From Eledone cirrhosa (taxonomy: Eukaryota), in assembly GCA_964016885.1 (NCBI GenBank), contig OZ024748.1, forward strand, positions 5,146,001 through 5,210,000: 64,000 nt of DNA, read 5' to 3'. The notes beneath the pieces were generated by a model that was given only the letters and a program-made list of their open reading frames with translations, had not been told where the DNA came from and did not search any database. Of this stretch, positions 27,093-40,608 are shown one piece after another. Position numbers and translations under genes: made by a program. Position 1 is the first letter of the stretch, and every line of letters starts with the position of its first letter.

Positions 27093-27265
27093 TGTTTGTA
27101 TGTATGTATGTATGTATGTATGTATGTGTCAGTCTATACGAGACTATATGTGTATGTATGTATGTGTGTATGTATGTGTCAGTCTATACCAGACTATATG
27201 TATGTGTATGTATGTATGTCAGTGTCAGTCTATACCAGACTATATGTATGTGTATGTATGTGTGT
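26400..27265. repeat. TG-rich minisatellite with gtcagtctatacgagactatatg anchor
   Basis: The anchor is repeated more than 10 times and is the source of the 400-aa spurious ORF. Confidence 0.85.
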
Positions 27266-27720
27266 CTGTTGTCTTCCAGAACCCAGTTTTCCTGTAGTAC
27301 TCTCACATCATACAACTGTATAATGTAGTTAGAAACCAGGAGCATTGCTTTCACAGGATCAGTTATATGCTCTTTACTTATACCCTCTCTTTATGGCCTT
27401 CCCTCTCTTTATCTCCTCCCCTCTCTTTATCTCCTTCTCTCTCTTTATCTCCTCTCTCGTTTACTCTTTTGGTATTTGTATCTCTGTCTTTCTGTCTATC
27501 TCTCACTCTCTTTATCTCCCACTCACTCTCATCATCTCTCTCTCTCACTCTCTTTATCTCCCTCATACTCCATCTCTCTCTCAATTATTATCTCTCCCTC
27601 ACTCTCTTTATTTCTCAGCACCATTTTTACTCTTTTGTATATATATATTATATATATATATATATATACAAAAGAGTAAATATATATATATATACACACA
27701 CACACACGCACACACACATA

Positions 27721-27920
27721 NNNNNNNNNNNNNNNNNNNNNNNNNNNNNNNNNNNNNNNNNNNNNNNNNNNNNNNNNNNNNNNNNNNNNNNNNNNNNNNN
27801 NNNNNNNNNNNNNNNNNNNNNNNNNNNNNNNNNNNNNNNNNNNNNNNNNNNNNNNNNNNNNNNNNNNNNNNNNNNNNNNNNNNNNNNNNNNNNNNNNNNN
27901 NNNNNNNNNNNNNNNNNNNN
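27721..27920. other. assembly gap (200 N)
   Basis: Run of N bases. Confidence 1.
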
Positions 27921-28212
27921 TCTTCATCTCTCTCTCTCACTCTCCCACACTCCCTCTCTCTACTTTATGCGTACTGGTATCTGTCTCCCTCTCTCTTATG
28001 ATCTACCTCTCTATATATACCTTTCCCTATCTATGTCTGTATATCTTTCTTTCTTTTAATTCCTATGCCTGTCACCTCCCTCTCTTTTCCCTCCCTCTTT
28101 TTCTTTACTCACATGTGTATCTCTCTTTCTCTCTCTTTAACCGAGTATGAAATTCCCCCCTTCTCTCTTTAATCGCAAATCTGTTTCTCCTCTCTCTCTC
28201 ACTCACTCTATA

Positions 28213-28283
<71 letters not shown>

Positions 28284-28444
28284 GTATGTATCTTAACACC
28301 CTCCTTTTATCCCTGTCTGTCACTCTTCCTCCCCCTCCCTCAATCCATATACCCCCTCACACTACCCCCCCCCCCCCCCTTCTGTTTCTCTAACTTAAAC
28401 ATATCTCTATATATACCACTGTTATGAAACTATGTAAAGTTATT

Positions 28445-28622
28445 TCGGCAGTATCGGTAGAGGGTCGGACGCCATGCTTTGAAGCATAGAGTTACCTCCC
28501 TTTATGATCTAAGTTCAAATCCCGCCGAGGTTAACTTTGCCTTTCATCCTTACAGGGTCGATAAAATAAAGTACCAGTAATACACTGGGATAATTGCTGG
28601 CCTTGTGCCAAAAGTAGAAACA
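28445..28622 (+). mobile_element. SINE family 1
   Basis: Full-length match to the family. Confidence 0.85.
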
Positions 28623-28784
28623 GTTATTTCTAGGTCTCTCTGACTATATGTGAATGTGTATGAGTGTAGGGTTGCGTGTGTTTTGTGTGCATGTCTATGT
28701 GAGTGTAAGTATATGTGCATGTGTGTGTATATGTATATATGCTTGTGTGTGTGTTTATGTATATGTGCCTGCGAGCGTATGGTG

Positions 28785-28826
<42 letters not shown>

Positions 28827-28904
28827 TTTTTTGTGTATGTGTTGGGATAGTGAAATGTTTGTGGTGTTGGTAGTTTAGATGTAGGGATATGGGGGGGTGG
28901 GGTC

Positions 28905-29990
28905 ATGTAGTGTTGGTGTTGTTGATGGTGGTGTGCTGGTGGGGGATGGTGGTTTTGGTATTGGTGGGGATAGTGGTGTTGTTGTTGGTGTTGGTACTTT
29001 ATATGTAGGGGTTGCTGGTGGTGGTGTTGGTGTTGTTTTTATTGATGGTGGTGTTGCTGGTGGGGGATGGTGGTGGTTTTGGTATTGGTGGGGATAGTGG
29101 TGTTGTTGGTGGTGTTGTACTTTATATGTAGGGGTTGCTGGTGGTGGTGTTGGTGTTGTTTTTATTGATGGTGGTGTTGCTGGTGGGGGATGGTGGTGGT
29201 TTTGGTATTGGTGGGGATAGTGGTGTTGTTGGTGGTGTTGGTACTTTATATGTAGGGGTTGCTGATGGTGGTGTTGGTGTTGTTTTTGTTGATGGTGGTG
29301 TTGCTGGTAGGGGATGGTGGTGGTTTTGGTATTGGTGGGGATAGTGTGTTGTTGGTGGTGTTGGTACTTTATATGTAGGGGTTGCTGGTGGTGGTGTTGG
29401 TGTTGTTTTTATTGATGGTGGTGTTGCTGGTGGGGGATGGTGGTGGTTTTGGTATTGGTGGGGATAGTGGTGTTGTTGGTGGTGTTGGTACTTTATATGT
29501 AGGGGTTGCTGATGGTGGTGTTGCTGGTGGGGGATGGTGGTGGTTTTGGTATTGGTGGGGATAGTGGTGTTGTTGGTGGTGTTGGTACTTTATATGTAGG
29601 GGTTGCTGATGGTGGTGTTGGTGTTGTTTTTGTTGATGGTGGTGTTGCTGGTGGGGGATGGTGGTGGTTTTGGTATTGGTGGGGATAGTGGTGTTGTTGG
29701 TGGTGTTGGTACTTTATATGTAGGGGTTGCTGATGGTGGTGTTGCTGGTGGGGGATGGTGGTGGTTTTGGTATTGGTGGGGATAGTGGTGTTGTTGGTGG
29801 TGTTGGTACTTTATATGTAGGGGTTGCTGGTGGTGGTGTTGGTGTTGTTTTTGTTGATGGTGGTGTTGCTGGTGGGGGATGGTGGTTTTGGTATTGGTGG
29901 GGATAGTGGTGTTGTTGGTGGTGGTGTTGGTACTTTATATGTAGGGGTTGCTGGTGGTGGTGTTGGTGTTGTTTTTGTTGATGGTGCTGT
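28905..29990. repeat. GT-rich minisatellite with ~97/~124-bp units
   Basis: ggggatggtggtggttttggtattggtggggatagtgg...ggtactttatatgtagggg is repeated about 9 times. Confidence 0.9.
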
Positions 29991-30124
29991 AGTAAGTTGT
30001 TAGCGATGATGCTGATTATAAAGAGAGTGATGGTAGTTATATTTTCTATTGAGCAATAATGACAGAAGTTGTTTCAGTAGCAGTAGATATAACTAGAGAG
30101 GGTAGGAAAGGGTTTTAGGTGATG

Positions 30125-30310
30125 ATATCGAGGGGTAGACCCCGTGTAAGGTGGTTGGATAACATCCATGAGTTTGGCGGGTCACGCTTGGGGATCCAGC
30201 AGGATCAATTGGAGACAGTTGCTTCTTCTGACAGGACCCACTGGAAGGAGTGTTTGAGGACCCTTCTCCCAACACCCTCCCAGGAGTAAGTGGACGAGGA
30301 AGAAGAAGAT
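30125..30310 (+). mobile_element. RTE-like LINE 3' end with short GAA tail
   Basis: Translates as GRPRVRWLDNIHEFGGSRLGIQ..DRTHWKECLR..*. Homologous to 40385-40608. Confidence 0.7.
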
Positions 30311-30439
30311 ATCCACCCCACTATAGTTACTATTTTCAAGCCCAATACTTGTTTATCAATCTCTTGTTGTCGAGCCACTAAGTTACGATGCATACACGCA
30401 AACACATATATAACTTCATTTTAGGAAATCTTCCGGAAA

Positions 30440-30491
30440 GACTTTCCTGGTGATTTCATACGAATGGAACAGTTCTAGTCCTGTAGAAGTC
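30440..30491 (+). ncRNA. family B hammerhead-like motif, core mutated
   Basis: gactttc-CTGGTGA-tttcatacgaat-GGAACAG..CTGTA-gaagtc. Confidence 0.5.
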
Positions 30492-30558
30492 ATTTTTATA
30501 TAAAAACAAGATGCTGATGTTTTAATAAAGTATTGAGATCCTTGTGCTTGTTGCTGTT

Positions 30559-31505
30559 AATGGTGGTGATAGTGATGGTGATGGTAGTGATGGTGGTGAT
30601 AGTGATGGTGGTGATAGTGATGGTGGTTATGGTGATGGTGGTGAGAGTGATGGTGATGGTAGTGATGGTTGTGATAGTGATGGTGATGGTAGTGATGGTA
30701 GTGATAGTGATGGTGGTTATGGTGATGGTGGTGAGAGTGATGGTGATGGTAGTGATGGTTGTGATAGTGATGGTGATGGTAGTGATGGTTGTGATAGTGA
30801 TGGTGATGGTAGTGATGGTAGTGATGGTGATGGTGGTGAGAGTGATGGTGATGGTAGTGATGGTTGTGATAGTGATGGTGATGGTAGTGATGGTAGTGAT
30901 AGTGATGGTGATGGTAGTGATGGTAGTGATAGTGATGGTGATGGTAGTGATGGTGATGGTGGTGATGGTAGTTATGGTGATGGTGATGGTAGTGATGGTG
31001 GTTATGGTGATGGTGGTGATAGTGATGGTGATGGTGGTGATGGTAGTGATAGTGATGGTGATGGTAGTGATGGTGGTTATGGTGATGGTGGTTATGGCGG
31101 TGATGGTGATGGTAGTGAAGGTAGTGATAGTGATGGTGGTGGTAGTGATGGTGATGGTAGTGATGGTGGTTATGGTGATGGTGGTTATGGCGGTGATGGT
31201 GATGGTAGTGAAGGTAGTGATAGTGATGGTGGTGGTAGTGATGGTGATGGTAGTGATGGTGGTTATGGTGATGGTGGTTATGGCGGTGATGGTGATGGTA
31301 GTGAAGGTAGTGATAGTGATGGTGGTGGTAGTGATGGTGATGGTAGTGATGGTGGTTATGGTGATGGTGGTGATAGTGATGGTGATGGTAGTGATGGTGG
31401 TTATGGTGATGGTGGTTATGGTGATGGTGGTTATGGTGATGGTAGTGATGGTCCTCAAGGGGTCGGTGGTCGTGGTTTTGGTCGTGGTGTTAGTGGCGGT
31501 AGCAT

Positions 31506-31539
<34 letters not shown>

Positions 31540-31715
31540 GGTGGGGGTGGGGGTGGGGGTAGTATTAGTAGTAGTAGCAGTAGTAGTAGTAGTAGTAGTA
31601 ATAGTAGTAGTAGTAGTAGTAGTAGTAGTAGCAGTAGTAGCAGTAGTAGTAGTAGTAGTAGTAGTGCTGGCGGTGATGGCATCGGTATGTAGTAGTAGTA
31701 GTAGTAGTAGTAGTT
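30559..31715. repeat. higher-order (GAT/GGT/AGT) trinucleotide repeat and (TAG)n
   Basis: Directly visible. It is open in several frames only because of low complexity. Confidence 0.9.
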
Positions 31716-31964
31716 GGGGGAGGAGGGGGGGATTAAAGTGGTGGTGGTATGAGACGGTGATGAATGTACACAACTACAGTGATAAATGAGTTTATCTTAA
31801 ATTCGCCTCCTCCTCTCTCTCCCCCTTCTACCGATTCCCTTCCCCCCGCCTCCTCTCTCTCTCTCTCTCCCTTTCTCTCTCTTTCCCTCACTCTTCGACA
31901 CATCTAACATCTTTTCTCACTAGCACCACCAGTAATTCTACACCGAGCCTCTCTTTCCAACATG

Positions 31965-32032
<68 letters not shown>

Positions 32033-32144
32033 ACGCTCTCTCTCTCTCTATCACCGACCCTTCATGACTGTGGGCACCAAATCCCACACTCCCACATCCC
32101 TCTCTCTCTCTATCAATCTATCTGCATCTCTATTTGTATAAGCG

Positions 32145-32176
<32 letters not shown>

Positions 32177-32182
32177 CCTATA

Positions 32183-32219
<37 letters not shown>

Positions 32220-32310
32220 ATCTGGCACTATCTGTCTAAGAGATTATCTATCTATCTATATATCTATCTATCCATTTATCTAATCTACTATCTATCTATC
32301 TATCTATCTA

Positions 32311-32467
32311 TCGACGGCTATTTCTGGATTAGTCCAGAAATAGCCGTCGAAACGGCTTGAGCTCTGCCGTCCGGGTCATACTTTTTCCTATTTCCCACTC
32401 TACTACCCTAAGTATTGAGTACTCTGGTGCATTATGGTCCATCTGGTTCCTTAGCACAATTCCTTTG

Positions 32468-32470
<3 letters not shown>
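32311..32470 (+). mobile_element. family A fold-back remnant
   Basis: Palindrome tcgacggctatttctgga-ttag-tccagaaatagccgtcga, then GAAACGGC and the family tail. Confidence 0.7.
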
Positions 32471-32502
<32 letters not shown>

Positions 32503-32754
32503 TTTCATATTTATACATATATACATGGCTTTCATATATATATATATATGTATATACAATATATTAACAAATGGAAACTATATTTATAAAACCATGTTTA
32601 TTTCATTATACATATTTCAAGGGCCACCAGAGCAAACTATGGTGCGCTTTCATCAGATAAAATATAATATAGGTTAGTTTTATAAATAAATATTGACATA
32701 CCCTTAATCCCAACAAATTAAATATAACCTCTACATATATATATATAATGTGGT

Positions 32755-32875
32755 TTATACAGGGTTAGTACTGTTTCATTGGAAAGAAATCATAAGGAAA
32801 TTTGATGTTTACACTCTACTAATGTATTGAGTACCTTACATACTGTGGCGACTCGCGATTGAACCCGGAACTGAT
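32755..32875. mobile_element. family B remnant
   Basis: Degenerate minus-strand hammerhead motif, plus the plus-strand tail gtattgagtacc...gattgaacccgg. Confidence 0.55.
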
Positions 32876-32891
32876 ACGGACATACACATAT

Positions 32892-32938
<47 letters not shown>

Positions 32939-33564
32939 GGAATGTGTGTTGAATCCTACCACTGCTGTCATTGTCAACAATGCCACTATGGTGACCAACA
33001 CTATCACCCTAACTCTTACTACTACTATATACCCCTCCTTCACACCTGTCTATGTCATTTTCTGTTTAGCTCTGTGCATCTTCCTCTCTTCCTCCCCTTT
33101 CTTCCATGTAATATCTTCTGCTTCACTGATTGGTTGGTTTCGTAGTAGAAAGGGGATAGTAAGACGACGGCAGTACCATCGAGGGCCTCTATATGGCCGC
33201 TCCTTCGTAAAGAAATAGCAGCCAAATTTCACTTAAATCATACACATACTGGCACATACGTCAGAGCACGCAACACATACATATACACAAACACACGCAT
33301 ACATCACACACATTCGTATATAGCTCAAACAAGCAACAACCACACACACACATACACACACACATACACGCACACATGTATATATTCATATACTCATACA
33401 CATCACAAAGACGCAACAAATACATATACATACATTCATACATCATATACACCATACACATCACAAACACACAACAACTTCACACCACACACACACAGAC
33501 ATATATATATACATATATATAAATTTCGCTCTACATGGCTGAATACAATAAATGTAATCTGAGT

Positions 33565-33621
<57 letters not shown>

Positions 33622-33780
33622 ATATATATTCATATATCCTATATATAGTCATATACCCACACACATCTCATACATAACAGTCGATCGACTTTCGTCAAAT
33701 CGGACCGAGGAAACAATGTTTCCATTTGTCTTTCCAATTGCTAATACTATCTATCGGTCGCAACTCCAGGTAGAAGGATC

Positions 33781-33897
33781 AACGTGAAATAAAGTGTCTT
33801 GCCCAAGAACACACCGCATCACCCGGTTCGGGAATCGAACTCACAACCTCACGATTGCCAATTCGAGTTCTCTAACAAGTCGGCCACGCGCCTTCAC
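33781..33897 (-). mobile_element. SINE family 2
   Basis: Minus strand reads gtgaaggcgcgtggc...gagttcgattccc...ttcttgggcaagacactt. Confidence 0.8.
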
Positions 33898-34445
33898 ATA
33901 CATATATATACATATATATACATTCATACACATCATATATATATATATATTCGTAATATACACGCGACAATTATACCACCACACACATATATACACACAA
34001 CCTGTCGTCTCTCCAATGTATTCACCGTACCACCTCTCATCTGACACGTGACCAAATGATCTAACGCCTTCCTTATTTGTTTAGACATCATTCATTCTTT
34101 CTCTCCTCTCTTTTCTTCCACAAATTATTTATACTTTTTTGTAAAGGAAATTCTTTAATACTTTCTATCAGATATAATTCATTCACTTTTTCTGTCATTC
34201 CTAGCTTCTTCTTCATGCTTCGTTCCTTTTTTTTATGGATATATAAAAATCTTAGCATATGTGCTTAAAATATTGTAGTATTTAAAACATTTAAACATTA
34301 ACTAAATAAACACTCAATACTGGAACGTTGTGTAGAAAAGTAATTTCTAAAAAATAAAAAAAACCCGGTAGTGACTCGGATGTTTCAGTTTAGTCACTTT
34401 AAAGAGAGGATTTTTACTTAAACATAAAATTATATATATATATTT

Positions 34446-34556
34446 AACGAAGGAAGTGTGGTAAGGAACCAGGTAGACCATAACGCACCAGAGTACTCGA
34501 TACTTAGGGTAGTAGAGTGGGTAATAGGAAAAGAGTCAGGACCCCGACTCTTTTCC
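34446..34556 (-). mobile_element. family A tail, minus strand
   Basis: Reverse complement of the tail at 16375-16470. Confidence 0.75.
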
Positions 34557-34585
34557 TATATATATATATATTATATATATATATA

Positions 34586-34651
34586 TGGCCAGTATGGAGC
34601 TCGAACCCACGATATTCACGTTATTAGAACGATGTTCTAACCAACTAAGCT
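34586..34651 (-). pseudogene. tRNA-Ile(AAT)-like pseudogene lacking the 5' acceptor strand
   Basis: Minus strand agcttagttggttagaacatcgttctAATaacgtgaatatcgtgggttcgagctccatactggcca parallels the metazoan tRNA-Ile(AAT) D-arm, ctAATaa loop and ...TACTGGCCA end. Confidence 0.7.
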
Positions 34652-35334
34652 GAGTCTGGAACTGGTTGTTGAAACGGCAAGACCTCAGCCGTCAGGGTCC
34701 CGACTCCTTATAATATATATCTCACAATCCACCTGGTTGTGGAAGGGCTGATAACGTTGTTAGAACTCAATCTGTTCTTGGAAGGATGGTTGCAGCAAGA
34801 TTCGGCAGTGTGACCAGTAGATTTCGTGGTACATGATTACTGCCTTAGGTATCAGCGAAGAAAATGCGTCCGGGTTACAAAGTAATTTACATATATGTGT
34901 TTGTGCATAGAAAAATAACCAAAAAACAAAAAAAAAAAACAGAAGTTAGGTGTAGGTAGATAGTTAGCCATTGTTTTACGATCATTTCAGAGGGTCGAAT
35001 GATCGATGGAGGTCGATGTATCAAGTAGCATGGTAGTGGTTATGTTACTATCTATTTCTGGACTCGAAATCCCTGAACACACAGAGACGACGAGGCAGCG
35101 TAGCGACACACTACTTCTTTCGTGTCTGGGTCAACATCAGAAATGCACGATTATTTTTTCATTTCTGTTTTTTCTTTGCTCCTTTCCTTAAAGTTTACCA
35201 TCATTCCGTTGGTATGCCTCTATTACGCAATTTACACGTGAAGATGTCACCAGATTATGACGCAACCTAGCCACTGAAATGTGCATGGTGTTTGTAGAAA
35301 TAAATAATTCAGGAAATTCAACAATATATATATA

Positions 35335-35570
35335 TATGAATAAAATTAGTCCTTCATCAGTGATCTTCCTCCTTTGCATTACAATCTCTGTTTGTTTACA
35401 TGTCTCGCTCGTTTCACCCTATTTTACGTGTCCCAATAAATTTCATTAGTTATTGCTCGCACCAACCAGGGGTATATGATCTTTAAAGCGAAGAAATACC
35501 AATGAAGGTTGGAAGATCACTGATGAAGGACTAATTTTATTCATATGTAACACATTTGCAACCACGCAGC
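35335..35570. mobile_element. fold-back relative of the 2493-3117 element
   Basis: Inverted arms atatgaataaaattagtccttcatcagtgatcttcc / ggaagatcactgatgaaggactaattttattcatat. The interior is homologous to 2580-2700(-). Confidence 0.65.
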
Positions 35571-35783
35571 ACGCCATTTTTCATATATATAAATATATAA
35601 ATTAATAAAAATAATGAATAAAAACAAAGAAACAGTTTCTTATATTAAAAAATTCATCATTTTACGATCGTTTCTAGGATATATATGTGTGTGTTGGTAT
35701 GTATATCATATAGATCTATGTAAAAGTTTTACAAACTATCAGAGGGAATATACATACCTAGATATATATATGTTGTCTTCAGA

Positions 35784-35890
<107 letters not shown>

Positions 35891-36144
35891 AATGTATGTC
35901 AAAAAAATTCGCGAATTCTGTCACATATAATTCCGGTTTCACTCTTTCCTACGTTTTTTTCTTTATATTTTCTTTCTGAATCATTGTGCAACCCAAACTT
36001 CTGTTCAAAAAGATAAAATAATGTACCAGTTACATTCTGTGGTCAATATGATTGACTTTCCTCTCGTGCAAGATCGGAAGTCCTATGTCTAAATTAGAAA
36101 TTATTATCAACAAAGGAACTTCATGTGTCGTAATTCCTTTCTCA

Positions 36145-36220
<76 letters not shown>

Positions 36221-36387
36221 ATATATATATATATATATATGCATGTATAATACTGGGTTATTATTTCTGAATAACCTTAAGGAGGGAATGGGTCATTTAT
36301 TTCATGTATATCACGTATCTGGTTTAAATAATATATATTTCACACATATCATAACTCTCAGTTGATCGTTGGATAATAACATGTGTG

Positions 36388-36446
<59 letters not shown>

Positions 36447-36469
36447 ATATATATATATATATACATATA

Positions 36470-36515
<46 letters not shown>

Positions 36516-36620
36516 CATATATATACGTATATATATATGCACATATACATATACATATATGTATATATATTTATGTATATATATATATATGTGTATATAT
36601 ATATATATGTATATATATGC

Positions 36621-36658
<38 letters not shown>

Positions 36659-36660
36659 GC

Positions 36661-36753
<93 letters not shown>

Positions 36754-36861
36754 TATTTATATGTACATATATATATATGTATACATATATATTTATATGT
36801 GTATATATATATAAATATATATATTTATATATATATACATATATATATATACCTATCTATC

Positions 36862-36893
<32 letters not shown>

Positions 36894-36911
36894 CACGTAC
36901 GTATATATATA

Positions 36912-36975
<64 letters not shown>

Positions 36976-37024
36976 TATATATATATATGTATATATATAC
37001 ACGTACGTATATATATATATATAT

Positions 37025-37058
<34 letters not shown>

Positions 37059-37357
37059 GTATGTTTTTAACTATATCCTTGTGAATGTGTGTGTGAAAGT
37101 TTTATTCTCTTATATATATAATAATTATCCGGAGGATATACTCATTTACTTTACATTTATCATGCATCTGGTTTAAATAAAATATATATATTCTACGTAT
37201 CAGATCTCCCTCTGTTCCACGTTGGATAGTTGGCTGTTTTATGATCGATGATGATATCTTCATTGATTCCTATTAATCTATCTATCTATCTATCTCTCCT
37301 TACCAAATCTCTGCAGTTTCATAGACGTTGGCTTCATATAATGATAGATAGATATAC

Positions 37358-37437
<80 letters not shown>

Positions 37438-37438
37438 A

Positions 37439-37478
<40 letters not shown>

Positions 37479-37672
37479 CATACAAATATATGTGTGAGAA
37501 CTTAAGCATCATTCTAATGATACAAATGTTATTACAATCTCCAGAACCCCTATTTACGGGGGTGAATTTGAAATATTTTTATATTAAAGAATTACGAAGT
37601 TAAAATGAAAGCAAAAGCTGGTTAATAAAATATAACCATCATTTTCATTTAATATTTTACAATATTATTGAA

Positions 37673-37851
37673 TTGGTTGTATCGGTAGTGGGTCGGACGC
37701 CATGCTTTCCAGCAAAGAGTTATGGCCCTTTATGATCTGAGTTCAAATCCCACCGAGGTTAACTTTGCCTTTCATCGTTACGGGGGTCGATAAAATAAAG
37801 TACAAGTAATATACTAGTGAATTGCTGGCCTTGTCCCAAATGTAGAAACAA
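37673..37851 (+). mobile_element. SINE family 1
   Basis: Family match. Confidence 0.8.
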
Positions 37852-37914
37852 TTATTTTCACTAAATTCAATCATTGAAAACTGACCATACTGCAGCACTT
37901 TTTTCAATACATTT

Positions 37915-38232
37915 AGCGATCCCTGATCTCCGAGCTACGCCCCTTCTAGAGTAACATTGCTCCAAAGACCCTTCAGACGAACACCATTTTACCCGCTTGT
38001 ATTCGCGATCGAATTCTTTCAGTCAATAACCAAGTTTCCTGATCATAAGTAAGAGTAAGTACGACCATCAAATTTAATCTAGCAAGTTTAGTTTTTACAC
38101 ATACTTCCATTTTACTCATAACTGTAAGCTGAATGTGGCACAGTATTGCATTAGTTCTACCAATACTTGTGTTTAATACAGATTCTTGCAGTCTATCGGT
38201 TGGGAACACGACCCCGAGATACTTGAAATCTA
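37915..38232 (-). mobile_element. degenerate RTE-like LINE RT C-terminal fragment
   Basis: DFKYLGVVF...KTKLA...LTYDQETWLLTERIRSRIQA matches the FxYLG and LxYGxETW motifs. Confidence 0.75.
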
Positions 38233-38622
38233 GAGAAAGTCATAGAAGAAGAAGAAGAAGAAGAAGAAGAAGAAGAAGAAGAAGAAGAAGAAGAAGAAGA
38301 AGAAGAAGAAGAAGGGAAAGAAAGAATCTGGAGGAAAGAGCAAAAGAACAATGAAGGATCAAGAAGAAGAAGAAAAACACAAATAAAAATATAAACAAAA
38401 AAAAAACCATAGGGATAGTAGTGAGGGTGGAGGTGGTGGTGGTGTTGTTGGTTGTGCTGATGGTGGTGGTGGTGTTGTTGATGGTCGTGGTGTTGGTGGT
38501 GATGTGTTGTGATGGTAGTAATAGTTGTGGTGATAGTGGTAATGATGGTGGTGGTGGTGATGGTAGTAGTAGTAATAGTTGTGGTGAGAGTGGTGGTGAT
38601 GGTGATGGTGGTAGTAGTAGTA

Positions 38623-38679
<57 letters not shown>

Positions 38680-39084
38680 CAGTTGTTGTGGTAATGTTGG
38701 GGGTGATGATGGTGGCTGTGTTTGTTGTATTGGTCTTTGTGATGCTGGTGTTTGTTCTTATGATTGTAGAGGGTGATGATTGCGGTAATGATGTTGGTTT
38801 TTGGTGAGCGAGAAAGAAAGAATGGGTGAAGAAGTGAATGAGAGAGAGTGAGAGAGAGAGGGCGAGAGAGAGAGATATATATAGAGAGAGAGTAAATGAT
38901 TGTGTAAGAGCGGGCGAGAGAATGCAATAACTCGATCATCACTGACCTCGGAGGTCAAATGTTAAAATTGCCTGCCAGCCGTTATTCCCCGTACGCCCAC
39001 AAAATAATGAAAATTATAATAAATATAGAATCATATGAATTATAATAAGAACTAATGAACAAAGAAAAAATATAAATACACTCA

Positions 39085-39659
39085 CACACACACACAATGT
39101 GTTGTGTGTGTGTGTGAGTTGTGATTGTGTGTGTGTGCTGTGAGTGAGTGTGTGAGTTGTGAGAGAGTGTGTGTGTTGTGAGAGAGTGTGTGTGTTGTGA
39201 GGGACTGTGTGAGTTGTGAGAGATTGTGTGACTTGTGAGGGAGTGTGTGTGTTGTGAGGGAGTGTGTGTGCTGTGAGAGTGTGTGTGTTGTGAGAGAGTG
39301 TGTGTGTTGTGAGGGAGTGTGTGTGCTGTGAGGGAGTGTGTGTTGTGAGAGAGTGTGTGTGTTGTGAGAGAGTGTGTGTGTTGTGAGGGAGTGTGTGTGC
39401 TGTGAGGGAGTGTGTGTTGTGAGAGAGTGTGTGTGTTGTGAGGGAGTGTGTGTGCTGTGAGGAGTGTGTGTTGTGAGAGAGTGTGTGTGTTGTGAGGGAG
39501 TGTGTGTGCTGTGAGGGAGTGTGTGTTGTGAGGGACTGTGTGAGTTGTGAGAGATTGAGTGACTTGTGAGGGAGTGTATGTGTTGTGAGAGAGTGTGTGT
39601 GCTGTGAGGGAGTGTGTGTGTTGTGAGAGTGTGTGTTGTGAGAGAGTGTGTGTTATGAG

Positions 39660-39738
<79 letters not shown>

Positions 39739-39750
39739 TGTGTGTGTGTG
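39085..39750. repeat. TG/AG minisatellite (gtgtgtgttgtgagggagt variants)
   Basis: Directly visible. Confidence 0.85.
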
Positions 39751-40237
39751 TGGATATTGGTCCTAGTCGATTGCAACGACCAGTGTTCAAATTGTTTGAT
39801 CAACTGAACAGTTTGGTCATGAATTTAATGTAAAGTGTCGAACTACTACACAGACTCAGGAACCCTTAATGCAGTTGTCAGGGAGATTCAGTGTGACGCA
39901 GAATGTGAAAAACAGGTTTGGCGCTTTACATCAAAGGTAAAACTCAGGTTTGTCATAAGAGTGTATTGGAGGAGCAAAGTGAAATAAAGAGTTTTGCTTA
40001 AGGACAGAACACGTCACGGGATATAGAAGTCACGATTACTGATCGAACCCCTTAGACTACGTACCTTCACTGTGTGTGTGTGTGTGTGTTGATATATTTG
40101 AAAATTAAGCTTTCTTAGAATAAAGTTAAGGGCTACAACGCAGGCATATATTTTTTGTTCTGTTTTACGTTTTACTATGAAAAATAGTTTAATAAGTAGG
40201 GTATAAAAGACCCCGGAGACGGAAAAAGGTGTACAAC

Positions 40238-40307
40238 GCCAACAGTCGGATTCGAACTCCCAGCTTCCATATAATATATGGATGTGCTACCGTTAAACAA
40301 AATTGGC
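40238..40307 (-). pseudogene. tRNA-like sequence
   Basis: Minus strand shows a gccaat/gttggc acceptor stem, gtttaacggtagcac D-arm, tccat/atgga anticodon stem with a 7-nt loop, GTTCGAATCC T-loop and a downstream T5 tract. The T-stem is poor. Confidence 0.45.
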
Positions 40308-40384
40308 GGCCGACTGCTCCTTTCCGTTTTTAAGCTTTATTCATCAAGTCAGAAATAGAAATATACAATGTTTGAAGATTAAGA

Positions 40385-40559
40385 TAACGGGAGACCCAGA
40401 GGTAGATTCTGAGCAAGGTGGTAGGATAGCATGAATGAGATTGGCTGGCCTCGCTTGGGGATCTGGCCGAATCTATGGGAGACCTTTGCTTTTGACAGGA
40501 CCCACTGGAAATAGTGCTTGAGGACTGTGCCCACACGAACCTCCCAGGAATAAGTGGGC

Positions 40560-40590
<31 letters not shown>

Positions 40591-40608
40591 AAGAAGAAGA
40601 AGAAGAAG
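40385..40608 (+). mobile_element. RTE-like LINE 3' end with (GAA)n tail
   Basis: Homologous to 30125-30310 (cgcttgggga..gacaggacccactggaa..cccaggaataagtgg) with in-frame stops. Confidence 0.7.

Noticed and set aside
26121-27328. 400-aa Cys/Val/Tyr-rich ORF
   Set aside because: It is a translation of a TG/TA minisatellite.
30496-31789. 382-425-aa ORFs (poly-T/I, V/M, G/D/S)
   Set aside because: They are translations of trinucleotide repeats open on both strands, with no unique domain or splice evidence.
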